64,000 nt of DNA from an uncultured Spirochaetota bacterium (GTDB taxonomy: Bacteria > Spirochaetota > Spirochaetia > SZUA-6 > Fen-1364), in NCBI GenBank assembly GCA_963781885.1, contig CAWAHW010000002.1, forward strand, positions 576,001 through 640,000, written 5' to 3'. The notes beneath the pieces were generated by a model, which saw only the letters and a program-made list of their open reading frames with translations, did no database searches and was not told the DNA's origin. Numbering within the stretch: the first letter of the stretch is position 1; each line of letters opens with the position of its first letter. Below, one piece after another: positions 19,881-31,228 of the stretch. A program made the translations under genes and the position numbers.

Positions 19881-21503
19881 ATGACGGCACAGCGCAAGCT
19901 CTGGCTCATTCTGCTGACACTCATCTCCGCGGTGCTTTTGCCGCTCGCCCTGCCGAACGACCTTTTCGGCGGCGCCATCAGGACACTCGGGTTTTCCGCG
20001 GGCGAAAGCTTTTCCTGGGGGAATGCCGTCCTCGGAATCGTCGCCATCGCGCCGTTGTTCTACGCGGTGAGCCTCGCGCCGACCTTCGGGTTTGCGTCCC
20101 TCCTGGGCGTCATCTTCGGCGGCGTTTCCACGGCGCTTTCCAACTTCTGGCTCATGTTTTTCCAGGGCTTCTCCGTCTGGACGTACGGCGGCGTGATCGT
20201 CGGTTACATCGGGTATAACGCGCTCCTTTTCCCCTTCCTGCGCGGCTTCGCGCGCATCAGCAGTCGTTTCCGACCCTTCCTGCTCGCCGCGGCATGGTGC
20301 GGCTACGAGTACTTCAAGTCGATCGGATTCCTGGGATACCCGTGGGGCCTGATCGCCTATCCCATGGGAGGCTTCCTGCCCCTCGTGCAGTTCGTCGACG
20401 TCACCGGCGTATGGGGGCTGTCCTTCCTCATGGCGCTTGTGAACGCGCTTGTCGCCGAGTACGCCCATGCCGGGTGGCGGCCGTTCTTCCGCCGTCAGGC
20501 GGCCTTCCTCGTCGTGCTCGTGGCATGCGCCCTCGTCTATGGCGTCATCCGCCTGGCCACGCCCATCCCGCAGAAGGGGGAGGCCACGCTGCTGCTCGTC
20601 CAGCAGAACATGGACCCGTGGGACGAAGGCCGCAATATCGACCAGAGCCTGCGCGTCAATCTCGATCTCACCTCGGAGGGCATCAGGAATACGCCGACGC
20701 TGCCGGATCTCGCCGTGTGGAGTGAAAGCTCCGTCTACAGCCCCTTCGTGGAAAAGGGACAGTTTGCGCCGCAGAAGAACCAGCTCGTGGACGAAGTGAA
20801 GGCGGGCGGGGTCCCGATCCTTTTCGGCGGCGTGGTGATACTGGACCGGCAGAAGGAACAGGCGATGAATGCCTCCATCCTCGTCGCGAAGGACGGGAGC
20901 ATCGTCGATACCTATGGCAAGACGCATCCCGTGCCGTTCGCGGAAAGCATCCCCTTCTTCGACGTCGACTGGGTGGCGCGTTTCTTCCGCAGGGTGGTGG
21001 GGATCGAGAACCCATGGGTGAGCGGCAATCGATTCACCATCTACTCGACGCCGCTTGCGCGCGGCGGGACCATGAGCTTCGGGACACCGATCTGTTTCGA
21101 AGATGCCTTTGCGCAGGTCTGCCGCAGCTTTGTCGACCGCGGCGCCGACGTGCTCGTGAACATCACGAACAACTCCTGGTCGAAGACGTGGTCGGCGGAG
21201 ATCCAGCACTTCCAGGCTGCACGATTCCGCGCCATCGAAAACAGGCGGGTGCTCGTCCGCTCGACGAATGGCGGCCTTTCCGCCGTGGTGGGGCCGTGGG
21301 GGGAGATCAGATCGCGCATGCCCCTCTTCGAGCGAACCTACCGGGTGGTGGACGTGCCGATCTATCGGGCAGCCACTCTTACCGTGTATGCCCGGTTCGG
21401 GGACTGGTTCGCGTGGGCAATTCTCGCGCTCCTTCTCATCGTGCTCGTGGTCGACGTCCTGCCGAAAAAAAAGAGGCTGCCTCTAGAAAGCAGCCTCCTT
21501 TGA
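19881..21503 (+). CDS. lnt: Apolipoprotein N-acyltransferase
   Basis: Multi-TM N-terminus, GYPWG, nitrilase triad E (WSES), K (YGKTHPVPFAE), C (ICFED), NITNNSW, RAIENRR. Confidence 0.93.
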   Translation: MTAQRKLWLILLTLISAVLLPLALPNDLFGGAIRTLGFSAGESFSWGNAVLGIVAIAPLFYAVSLAPTFGFASLLGVIFGGVSTALSNFWLMFFQGFSVWTYGGVIVGYIGYNALLFPFLRGFARISSRFRPFLLAAAWCGYEYFKSIGFLGYPWGLIAYPMGGFLPLVQFVDVTGVWGLSFLMALVNALVAEYAHAGWRPFFRRQAAFLVVLVACALVYGVIRLATPIPQKGEATLLLVQQNMDPWDEGRNIDQSLRVNLDLTSEGIRNTPTLPDLAVWSESSVYSPFVEKGQFAPQKNQLVDEVKAGGVPILFGGVVILDRQKEQAMNASILVAKDGSIVDTYGKTHPVPFAESIPFFDVDWVARFFRRVVGIENPWVSGNRFTIYSTPLARGGTMSFGTPICFEDAFAQVCRSFVDRGADVLVNITNNSWSKTWSAEIQHFQAARFRAIENRRVLVRSTNGGLSAVVGPWGEIRSRMPLFERTYRVVDVPIYRAATLTVYARFGDWFAWAILALLLIVLVVDVLPKKKRLPLESSLL

Positions 21504-21518
21504 CCGACGAGCCAGCCC

Positions 21519-21797
21519 TTACTGGTCGTCGTACCCGCCCCTGTGCGGCTCCTTGGGCTTTGCGAAATTCACCTTCAAGTTGCGCCCGTCCAGCGGCGTC
21601 TCATTGAGGGCCTTGATCGCAGCTTCGGCTTCCGGTTGCGTGGCCATTTCGATGAACCCGAAGCCCTTGGACCTTCCGGTCTGTCGATCCTTGATCACCT
21701 TGCTCGTTTCGACATTGCCGTAAGGGGTGAACAATTGACGCAGGGAATCCTCGTCAATCCGGTAGGGAAGATTCCCTACGTACAGATTCACAGCCAT
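21519..21797 (-). CDS. Single-RRM RNA-binding protein
   Basis: RNP2 LYVGNL, RNP1 KGFGFIEM; AAAAGGAG RBS. Confidence 0.93.
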   Translation of the reverse strand: MAVNLYVGNLPYRIDEDSLRQLFTPYGNVETSKVIKDRQTGRSKGFGFIEMATQPEAEAAIKALNETPLDGRNLKVNFAKPKEPHRGGYDDQ

Positions 21798-21919
21798 ACA
21801 CACTCCTTTTCCGAAAAACGGGGGATCTTGGGACACGATAGGGGGCACACATCTCGAATAGCACCTAGGGTCGTGACCAAAGCAGGCTGATTCTAAACCG
21901 GTTTTTTTGAGGGCGCAAG
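21798..21919 (-). promoter_or_regulatory. Promoter and structured 5' UTR of the RRM gene
   Basis: Minus strand TTGCGC-17-TAGAAT, then an ~90-nt leader with pairing CUUUGGUCACGA/UCGUGUCCCAAG and UAGG/CCUA. Confidence 0.55.
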
Positions 21920-21984
21920 CACTTTTTTAACGAGTTGTTATGTGGACGTTACGCCGTTGTTCGACGATCGCGCCGGGCAAGGGA

Positions 21985-22012
21985 AGCGCTGCCGGCTTTG
22001 CCCGGCAGCGCT
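21985..22012 (-). terminator. Strong hairpin downstream of argG (possible terminator or 3' stabiliser)
   Basis: AGCGCTGCCGG-6 nt-CCGGCAGCGCT perfect 11-bp stem; U-tract on the minus strand is weak. Confidence 0.5.
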
Positions 22013-22018
22013 AAAAGG

Positions 22019-23259
<1,241 letters not shown>

Positions 23260-23263
<4 letters not shown>

Positions 23264-24456
23264 TCCAGTACCTCCTCTATCAAGTGAATTCCCTGCTCTA
23301 TTTCCTTGCGGCTGATGATCAACGGCGGGGCAAGACGCACGACGTCGGCCCCCGAGCGCAGGAGAAGGATCCCGCCGTCCCGGGCGCGGTCGATCAGGGC
23401 TTTCAGATCCCCGTCAATGTAGCGGAATCCCTGGAGGAGCCCCTTTCCCCGCAGCTCGCCCACCTTCTGCGGGTGGCGTATCCGCATGGCTGAAAGACCT
23501 TCGCGCAGCGCGATCCCCGATTCCTTCACCCTTTCCACGAACGCCGGCTGGCTGATGATCCTCCATACCTGGGAGGCCACGGCGGTCGTCACCGGCCCGC
23601 CGCCGAATGTCGTGCCATGGTCGCCCGCGTGGATGAGGCAGTTGATTTTTGGCGATATGAGCACGGCCGACAGCGGCAGTCCGCCCGCCAGCGGCTTTGC
23701 CAGCGTGATGATATCCGGCTGGAGCCCGACGCCCTCCGAGGCGTAGAACGTGCCGGTCCGGCCCATGCCGGTCTGAACCTCGTCGGCGATCAGGATCGCG
23801 TGGGACCGCCGGCACTGCTCGTTCAGCGCCCGCGCGAACTCCTCCGTCATGGGTGCAAGGCCGCCTTCGCCCTGGACGACCTCCACGATCACGCCGGCGA
23901 ACTCGTCGGTGAGAACGCGCGCGAGCGCTTGAGGGTCGTTGTACGGCGCCACCACGACGCCCGGGATGAGCGGGAAGAAGGGATCCTGGTACTTCGGCGA
24001 CGGCGTGCAGGAAAGCGAGCCGAACGTCCTGCCGTGGAAGGCGCCGCTGAAGCAGAGGAGCTTCTCGTGGCCCGGCCCTTTTGTGCGCAGGGAGTGCAGC
24101 CGCGCGTACTTCAAGGCTGCCTCGTTCGCCTCAGTACCGCTGTTGCCGAAGAAAACCGATGCGAACGGATAGGGCCCCGTCTTCAGCATCGCGCGGGCCA
24201 GGGCAAGGGCGGGCTCGGTCGTAAACAGGTTGGAGATGTGGCTCAGCTTCCGCATCTGCTTCATGGCGGTGCGGGCAAGGTCGGCGCGGCCGTATCCCAG
24301 CGCGTTCACGGCGATCCCCCCGGCAAAGTCCAGGTAGCGGCGGCCCCCCGTGTCCTCCAGCCAGACGCCATGCCCGCGCGCCACCACCAGGAGCTCGCTC
24401 CCGTACTGGGGAGGGAAAGGCAGATCCGTTTCCAGTGCAGCCTTCTTCACTTCCAT
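23260..24456 (-). CDS. argD: Acetylornithine aminotransferase
   Basis: YLDFAGGIAV, NSGTEANEAA, FHGRT, DEVQTGMGRTG, AKPLAGG; arg operon context. Confidence 0.9.
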
Positions 24457-25217
24457 AGTCGTGTTCCCTGCTTTCCTTCCATGAGCCGGGCCAGAGAGCC
24501 CGCCCCGTCGTATTGGCCGATGATCACCTTGTCCACGCCCCGCTCCATCGCTTCCAGGGACGCGGAAACCTTGGGCACCATGCCGCCCGTGATGACGCCG
24601 CGCGCGATGAGGCTCCGCGCTTCTTCGGCGGAGAGTGCCTGCACGATGCTCCCGTCGCAAAGGATGCCCGGCGTGTCGGAGAAAAAGATCAAGGCGTGCG
24701 CGGAAAGCCGGGCGGCGATCCGAAACGCCACCGTGTCCGCATTGATGTTGAGCGCGTTTCCCGCTGCATCCATTGAGGGGGAGGCGACCACGGGGAGGAA
24801 TCCGTGCGCCAGAAGAAGCTCCAGCAGCCGGGGATTCACGTCCGTGACGTCGCCCGTGCGCGTGTCTGCAGGGGAGCCGCCCCGCCGCTCGGCCTTGATG
24901 ACGCCGCCGTCCGTTCCCGTCACGCCCACGGCGTCGAGGCCCCGCGCGCGCAGGAGCCGCACGAGATGCGCGTTGATCCTGCCGCCGAGCACCATGTCGA
25001 CGATGTCCATCTCTTCTGCCGTTGTCTGGCGTATGCCGTCGCGGAAGACGGGCGCGATACCGAAGCGCTTCGACACCGCGGTGACCTCGGGCCCGCCGCC
25101 GTGCACGAGCAGGAGCCTGTTGTCCCGCGAGAGGTCGAGCATCTCATCGGCAAGCGCCAGGAGGGAATCCCTGCTCTCCGCGGCCCGGCCGCCGATCTTC
25201 AGGACGATGGCCGCCAC
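24447..25217 (-). CDS. argB: Acetylglutamate kinase
   Basis: LKIGG, VHGGG, NINAD, GGMVPK. Confidence 0.93.
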   Translation of the reverse strand: MAAIVLKIGGRAAESRDSLLALADEMLDLSRDNRLLLVHGGGPEVTAVSKRFGIAPVFRDGIRQTTAEEMDIVDMVLGGRINAHLVRLLRARGLDAVGVTGTDGGVIKAERRGGSPADTRTGDVTDVNPRLLELLLAHGFLPVVASPSMDAAGNALNINADTVAFRIAARLSAHALIFFSDTPGILCDGSIVQALSAEEARSLIARGVITGGMVPKVSASLEAMERGVDKVIIGQYDGAGSLARLMEGKQGTRLWK

Positions 25218-25218
25218 C

Positions 25219-26270
25219 TTAGAGCTCCCCCCCTGACCGCAGGCCGGCAGCCTCGGGGAGGCCGAACCGGATGTTCATGTCCTGCACGGCCTGGCCCGAT
25301 GCGCCCTTCACGAGATTGTCGAGCACGGAGAAAAGCATGACGTGCCGGCCCTCCCGCCTCCACCCGATGTCGCAGCGATTGGAGCCCCAGACCTCGCGCG
25401 TCTGCGGCACCCGCGCGCCGGCGAGCCCGATGAACGGCCGGCCGGCATAGGCAGCCTGGAACGCCGCCTCGATGCTGCCGGCGCCCGTGGCCGGAGGATC
25501 GCCGGAAAGCTCGGCGACCGTCGTCACGGCCATGCCGCGGCGCAGCGGCGCCATGTGGGGCGTGAAAAGCAGGGAGAGCGTCTCCTGTGCCTGGTGGAGC
25601 TCCTGTGCGATCTCGGGCGCGTGCCGGTGCGACGTGCCGGGGTTGTACGCGTTGACATTCTCCGATCGCTCGCAGTACAGGAGGTCCACCCTTTCCTTGC
25701 GGCCCGCTCCCGAGATGCCCGAGATCGCGTTGGCGATCACCGTCCCCGTGAGAAGCCCTGCCCGCGCGAGCGGCAGGAGCGGCAGGAGGGTGGCGGTGGG
25801 GTAGCATCCCGGGGCGGCGATGAGGTCGGCGCTCCGCAGGGCGTCGGTATGCCATTCGGCAAGACCGTAGACGGCGCGCGGCAGCAGGTCGGGCCGGGGA
25901 ACGGGGGAGCCGTAGGCGGAAAGGAAGACAGCGGGATCGCGGATGCGGAAGTCCGCCGAAAGGTCGATGACGACGGCCTTTCCGAACAGGGGCGCGCAGA
26001 TCTCCGCGGATTTCAGGTGCGGGAGGGCGGAAAAGACGACGTCGAGCTCGTGACTCTCCGCTGCCCGCCGTGCCTCTGCAACGGTGCACAGCAGCCCCCC
26101 GGGAATTTTTCTTCTATCGACGGCGGCAGACCGGGATCCGCCGCGCGCACAGGCGCGCCCGCCTGGGACGAGGAAACCGCATGGATGCGGCGGACCTCGG
26201 GATGCTCCGCCAGGATGCGCAGAAGGACGAGACCGGTATAGCCTGTCGCACCGAGCACGGCTGCTTTCAT
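25219..26270 (-). CDS. argC: N-acetyl-gamma-glutamyl-phosphate reductase, frameshift near 26095-26110
   Basis: GATGYTG N-terminus is in one frame; ALPH, IDLSADFR, PGCYPT, SGISGAG, DNLVKGASGQA are in another; the junction lies in A5/C3/G6 runs. Confidence 0.9.
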
Positions 26271-26822
26271 TCACGCTCCTCCCGGAAAGCCTGGAATGCG
26301 CGCGCGCATGGCACGCGCGAGTCGAAACGGCATGACGCCGCTTCGCGGCACGATCAGGATCGTGTCGTCGCCCGCGATGGTGCCCAGCACCTCGCGGATG
26401 CGCAGGTTGTCCAACGCCGAGGCGACGCTGCTTGCGTGCCCGGGCAGGGTCCGCATGAGGCCGAAGGCGCCCGAGAACTCCAGCGACAGGAATCCGCGCA
26501 TGAAGTCCTGCACGTACGTGGCGTCCGTCCCGGGGCGCACCTCGGCGTCGGAGAGCATGTAGGTGTATCCGCCGCTCGCGCTGGGCGCCTTGCCGATGCC
26601 CAAGCGCTTCAGGTCGCGGGAGAGCGTGGCCTGCGCCACCTCGAAACCCTGGCGCCGCAGGAGCTCCGTCAGGCGCTCCTGGCTGTCCACGGCGGCGTCC
26701 GCCACGATCCGGCGGATGGCCTCCAGGCGCACGCCGCGCGTCGGCGACGCCCCGTGTCCCCTCCCCTTGGGGGGGCGTCCCGCGCCGCCATGCCCGCCCT
26801 TTTTCGTCCGTATGTCGCTCAT
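26271..26822 (-). CDS. argR: Arginine repressor
   Basis: SQERL, QATLSRDL, TLPGHA, GTIAGDDT. Confidence 0.93.
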   Translation of the reverse strand: MSDIRTKKGGHGGAGRPPKGRGHGASPTRGVRLEAIRRIVADAAVDSQERLTELLRRQGFEVAQATLSRDLKRLGIGKAPSASGGYTYMLSDAEVRPGTDATYVQDFMRGFLSLEFSGAFGLMRTLPGHASSVASALDNLRIREVLGTIAGDDTILIVPRSGVMPFRLARAMRARIPGFPGGA

Positions 26823-26878
26823 TGCATATTTATCCTGCTCGATTGGATAATTATACGGTCGTGGGCCGGAAGGGTCAA
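26821..26878 (-). promoter_or_regulatory. arg operon promoter with two tandem ARG boxes
   Basis: Minus strand TTGACC(26878-26873)-17-TATAAT(26855-26850); 18-bp boxes ATTGCATATTTATCCTGC (26821-26838) and ATTGGATAATTATACGGT (26842-26859) separated by 3 bp. Confidence 0.85.
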
Positions 26879-26928
26879 GGGGGGGCGGCGTCTTGAAACC
26901 GCGGCGCGCACCCCGTATAGTGCGGCCC

Positions 26929-27498
26929 ATGAGGATCTGTGTTTTCTGCTCTTCCAGCGACGCGGTGGACACGGTGTATCTCGATGCCGCCGCGGAAGCG
27001 GGCACTCTCATCGCGCAGGGCGGGCATTCCCTGGTCTTCGGCGGCGGACGGGTGGGGCTCATGGGGGCCGTGGCGCGCGCCGTGCACGCCGGCGGCGGGA
27101 AGGTGGTCGGCATCATCCCCACGTTCATGAACAAGCCCGGGGTGCCGTACACAGAGTGCGACGAGCTTCTCTACACGCGCGGCATGCAGGAGCGCAAGGC
27201 GCGCATGATGGCATTGGCGGAGGCCTTTCTTGTCCTGCCCGGCGGCTTCGGGACCCTGGAGGAGATGTCGGAGGTCATGACGCAGAAGCAGTTCGACTTC
27301 TTGAAGGTTCCTCTCGTCGCCGTGAACGTGAACGGCTTCTACGATCGGCTCGCGGAGTTTTTTGAGGTATTCTACGACCGCCGCTTCGCGAAGCCGGCCT
27401 TTCGGGCCACCTGCCCGTTTGTCGGGAGTCCCGCGGAGGCCATGGCCTACATCCGCGACTACAGCCCGCCGGCGTCGACCAGCAAGTGGTTCACGTGA
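26929..27498 (+). CDS. LOG family (TIGR00730) nucleotide phosphoribohydrolase
   Basis: ICVFCSSS, FGGGRVGLMG, RK, LPGGFGTLEE. Confidence 0.92.
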   Translation: MRICVFCSSSDAVDTVYLDAAAEAGTLIAQGGHSLVFGGGRVGLMGAVARAVHAGGGKVVGIIPTFMNKPGVPYTECDELLYTRGMQERKARMMALAEAFLVLPGGFGTLEEMSEVMTQKQFDFLKVPLVAVNVNGFYDRLAEFFEVFYDRRFAKPAFRATCPFVGSPAEAMAYIRDYSPPASTSKWFT

Positions 27499-28288
27499 TG
27501 CCGGCCTGCTGGAGGAGCAGGCGCATCTCGCGGGCGTTCTTCGCGGCGTTTCCCCTCCAGTGATTGTTGAAAAAGAGCAGGAGCATGGGCACACGCTGCA
27601 TGATGGTCCTGATGCGGTCCGCCCACTCCTCCATCTCCGCGGGGCTGTACAGGTAGTTGTAGCGTGAGGCGTTGTCGCCGGTCCACCATTCCTCCTTGTT
27701 GCGGCCGTGGAAGCGAAGGTAGCCGAAGCTCCCCGTCGTCACGGTGGACGGCCGCAGCAGCTTCGGCAGGTCCGGCTCGTCAACGCTTACGAGTGCCACG
27801 CCGCGCTCCCTGAGGCCCTCGTAGACCCGGTCCTGCAGCCAGTCGCTTTTTCGAAACTCCACTGCCAGCGGCAACCCTGAGAGAAGAGAGCAGAGGGTCG
27901 ACAGGCGCGCGCGCGATTCGGGCGAATAGCCGAAGCTGTACGGGAATTGCAGGAGCACGGCGGCGAGCCTCTTTGCATCGACGAGCGGCTGCAGGCCCTG
28001 TCGGAATGTTTCGATCTCCTTCTCCCAGTTCTGCCCGATCTCGTGCGTCATGCTCCGGTGCGCCTTCAGGGCAAAGAGAAAGCCTTCCGGCGTTGCATCG
28101 ATCATGTGTTGCAGGGTCTGTGCGCGGGGTTGCGCGTAGTAGCTGAAGTTGAGCTCGACGATTGGAAACTCGCGCGCATACAAGGACAGGAAGTCCGACC
28201 TCGGGGTCTGGGGCGGATAGACGGGACCGACCCAGTCGTCGTAGGAGTAGCCGCTCGTCCCGATCAGAATTTTCCGCTGCTCGTCCAT
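27491..28288 (-). CDS. DUF72 (YecE-like) TIM-barrel protein
   Basis: IGTSGYSY..W, VELNFSYY, LLQFP.SF, VEFR, YLRFHGR, Y.YLY, FFNNH. Confidence 0.9.
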   Translation of the reverse strand: MDEQRKILIGTSGYSYDDWVGPVYPPQTPRSDFLSLYAREFPIVELNFSYYAQPRAQTLQHMIDATPEGFLFALKAHRSMTHEIGQNWEKEIETFRQGLQPLVDAKRLAAVLLQFPYSFGYSPESRARLSTLCSLLSGLPLAVEFRKSDWLQDRVYEGLRERGVALVSVDEPDLPKLLRPSTVTTGSFGYLRFHGRNKEEWWTGDNASRYNYLYSPAEMEEWADRIRTIMQRVPMLLLFFNNHWRGNAAKNAREMRLLLQQAGIT

Positions 28289-28295
28289 GCTTCTC

Positions 28296-29255
28296 TCAAT
28301 ACCCCGCCTCCTTGTCCACGACGTTCAGGAGCGGCTCTCCCGCGACGTAACGCGCGAGGTTTTGGCAGAAGAGATCGAATGTTTCCTCGTCGTAGCCGGG
28401 ATGGTTCCCGCCATAGTGCGGGGTGACGATCACATTCGGCATGCCCCAGAGCGGATGCCCGGCCGGGAGCGGCTCGGGATCGGTGACGTCCAGCCCGGCG
28501 CCGCGCACGCGCCCGTCCGTGAGCGCCGGGATCAAGGCGTCGGTGTCGATGCTGTTTCCGCGCCCCGCGTTCAGGAGGAATGCCCCTTGCATCGAATCCA
28601 GCTCCGGCTTTCCGACGAAGCCGCGCGTAAGCGGCGTGCCCGGCAGCACGAGCATGATGATGCGCGCCCGCGCGAAGGCGGCCCTCCGTTCATCGGGGCC
28701 GAACACCTCCTCCACGGCGTCATGCGCGCGGGCGTGTCGGCTGATCCCGATCACGTGCATGCCGAAGGCGCGGCCGATCTCCGCGCACCGCGCGCCGATC
28801 ACGCCAAGGCCCGCCACGCACAGCGTCCTGTCGGCAAGCGTGGCAAGGCCCTGCACCATCGCGTCCCTGTCCCATCGCCCTTCCACCTGCGCGCGCACGG
28901 CGCGATGCAGGTTGCGGGTGAGCATGAGCGCCATTCCCCAGAGGTGCTCCGTCATGGCGGAGGCGTGGATGTGCACGTTCGTGAAGATCGCGCCGTGCGC
29001 GCGGGCCTCGGGGATGCGCAGGACGCCGTCCATCCCGGCAAAGCCCGTCTGCAGCCATTGCAGGCGGACGGCCTCCTTCCAGAGAGGGGCCGGCAGCGAC
29101 GGATAGCAGACCTCGATCTTCCCGACGAGCCCGGGGTCCGCGGCAAGCTCTTCCTGCCGGAGGATGCGCGCGCCGGGCGCGAGGGCAAGGATTCTTTTCT
29201 CCCGCGCGGCCTCAAGGGGCGCATTCACAAGAATGATCGGCGCGGCATGACGCAT
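28296..29255 (-). CDS. D-isomer-specific 2-hydroxyacid dehydrogenase
   Basis: GLGVIG Rossmann motif, LNAGRG, LDVTDPEPLP, TPHYGG; start codon uncertain. Confidence 0.88.
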   Translation of the reverse strand: MRHAAPIILVNAPLEAAREKRILALAPGARILRQEELAADPGLVGKIEVCYPSLPAPLWKEAVRLQWLQTGFAGMDGVLRIPEARAHGAIFTNVHIHASAMTEHLWGMALMLTRNLHRAVRAQVEGRWDRDAMVQGLATLADRTLCVAGLGVIGARCAEIGRAFGMHVIGISRHARAHDAVEEVFGPDERRAAFARARIIMLVLPGTPLTRGFVGKPELDSMQGAFLLNAGRGNSIDTDALIPALTDGRVRGAGLDVTDPEPLPAGHPLWGMPNVIVTPHYGGNHPGYDEETFDLFCQNLARYVAGEPLLNVVDKEAGY

Positions 29256-29333
29256 GACGGACACCGGAGCCCCGATCCCGGAGAAAGTCAAGACGCTCTT
29301 GACAATACCTGTAAAAATCATTTGACTCGGCTC

Positions 29334-29351
29334 ATGAATCAATTGGTGTGA
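29334..29351 (+). other. Putative leaderless leader peptide MNQLV upstream of ABC exporter genes
   Basis: TTGACA(29299)-17-TTGACT(29322), then 6 nt, then ATG AAT CAA TTG GTG TGA; followed by an ~85-nt pyrimidine-rich leader. Confidence 0.45.
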
Positions 29352-29437
29352 CCGTCCACCGTCCCGTCTCGCTCGGCTCTTTCGCCTTTCGCTTCCAGGC
29401 GATCGTCACCTTCCCCGACCTGTAAGGAACTAGAGAG

Positions 29438-31228
29438 ATGAAAGCATTCGACCCGCGCACCGCGGCATCGAAGAATCGTCTTGTCGGCTTGTGGCGTCTC
29501 ATGACCGGCTACCGGCCGGGCTATGTCGTCGCCATTCTCTGCACGGGCTTCGCCACCTGCTCGCAGACGGGCACGTATCTCCTCCTGCGGCGCTTCATCG
29601 ACGTCGCGCTTCCGTCGCGCGCCCTGGCGCCCCTCATCGGGGTCGCCGCGGCCTTCGTCGGGCTCGCGGCATTCCAGGGCACGTTCTCATTCCTCGCGGG
29701 GCGCCTCGCCGCGCGCGCCGCCGAAGGGACGACGCGCCGGCTGCGCGACGCCTTCTACGACCAGGTGCAGAAGATGCCCTTCTCCTATCTCGACAGGACC
29801 CCGACGGGGGAGCTCATCGAAAGGGCCACTTCCGACATGGACGCCGTGCGTCGATTCTACGCGGACCAGGCCATCGGCTTCGGCCGCATCGTCCTGATGC
29901 TCGGAGTGAACCTCGCCGCCGTGCTGAGCATGAACGTGCGGCTGGGCCTCGCGTCCATCATCGTGCTGCCCTTCGTGCTCGTCGTGTCGGTGATCTTCTT
30001 CACCGCCATCTCGAAACGCTATGAGAAGTATCAGGAGCAGGAGGCGATCCTGTCCACGACGCTCCAGGAGAATCTCACGGGCGTGCGGGTCGTGAAGGCG
30101 TTCGCGCGCCAGGCGTTTGAGACGGACCGGTTCGAGGCGGTGAACGTCGAGAAGTATCGTCGCGGGCGAAGGCTCGTCACGATGAACGCGCTCTTCTGGC
30201 CCCTCACGGACATCATCTGCGCGCTGCAGATGGTCGGGGGATTCCTCTTCGGGGCCGTGCTCGCCATCCGCGGGACGATCAGCGTGGGGACCTACATGGC
30301 GTTCGTCGCCATGATCGCGCAGATCATCTGGCCCATCCGTTTCCTCGGCAGGCTGATCGTCGACATCTCCAGCGGCCTTGTCTCCTACAAGCGCGTCATG
30401 ACCGTGATGATGGAGACCCAGGAGCCGCTTGCTGCGGGAATCCCGATCCTCGGACCGCGCCTCCGCGGGGACCTGGTCTTCCACGATGTCTCCTTCGGCT
30501 ATGACCCCGCGAAGCCCATCCTGTCCGGGGTGAGCTTCAATTGCTCCTCGGGACAGTCCATTGCGCTCCTGGGCTCCACGGGATCGGGAAAGACCAGCCT
30601 CGTGAACCTCGTGCCGCGCTTCTACGACTACACGGGCGGAAGCATCACGCTGGACGGCCGGGAGCTCGCGGAGTACGCGCGGCACGACCTGCGCCGGCAG
30701 GTGGGCATCGTGGAGCAGGAGCCCTTCCTCTTCTCCCGTTCGTTGCGGGAGAACATCACCTACGGCGTGGCCGGCGACGTGAGCGATGAGGCGGTGGAGG
30801 AGGCGGCCCGGTCGGCTGCCATCCACGACGTCATCCTCACCTTCCCAAAGGGCTATGACACAATGGTGGGGGAAAAGGGTGTCACGCTCTCCGGCGGCCA
30901 GAAGCAGAGGGTCGCCATTGCGCGCACGCTCCTCAAGGACCCCGCCATCCTCATCCTCGACGACTCTACCTCCTCGGTGGACACCGAGACGGAGGCCGCC
31001 ATCCGCGCGGCGCTGGAGATCCTGATGAAGGGCCGCACGACATTCATCATTGCCCACAGGATCCAGAGCCTCATGAAGGCGGACCTCATCCTTGTCTTCG
31101 ACAAGGGGCGCATCGTGGAGCGCGGCACGCACGCGTCGCTCCTGGCGGCGGGCGGGATGTACAGGCGGATCTTCGACCTGCAGACCCGCATCGAGACCGA
31201 GCTGAAAGAGGAGATCAGCCTTGCCTGA
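29438..31228 (+). CDS. ABC exporter half-transporter (TMD-NBD), subunit 1
   Basis: Six-TM TMD; GSTGSGKT, LSGGQKQR, non-canonical Walker B ILDDS. Confidence 0.93.
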   Translation: MKAFDPRTAASKNRLVGLWRLMTGYRPGYVVAILCTGFATCSQTGTYLLLRRFIDVALPSRALAPLIGVAAAFVGLAAFQGTFSFLAGRLAARAAEGTTRRLRDAFYDQVQKMPFSYLDRTPTGELIERATSDMDAVRRFYADQAIGFGRIVLMLGVNLAAVLSMNVRLGLASIIVLPFVLVVSVIFFTAISKRYEKYQEQEAILSTTLQENLTGVRVVKAFARQAFETDRFEAVNVEKYRRGRRLVTMNALFWPLTDIICALQMVGGFLFGAVLAIRGTISVGTYMAFVAMIAQIIWPIRFLGRLIVDISSGLVSYKRVMTVMMETQEPLAAGIPILGPRLRGDLVFHDVSFGYDPAKPILSGVSFNCSSGQSIALLGSTGSGKTSLVNLVPRFYDYTGGSITLDGRELAEYARHDLRRQVGIVEQEPFLFSRSLRENITYGVAGDVSDEAVEEAARSAAIHDVILTFPKGYDTMVGEKGVTLSGGQKQRVAIARTLLKDPAILILDDSTSSVDTETEAAIRAALEILMKGRTTFIIAHRIQSLMKADLILVFDKGRIVERGTHASLLAAGGMYRRIFDLQTRIETELKEEISLA

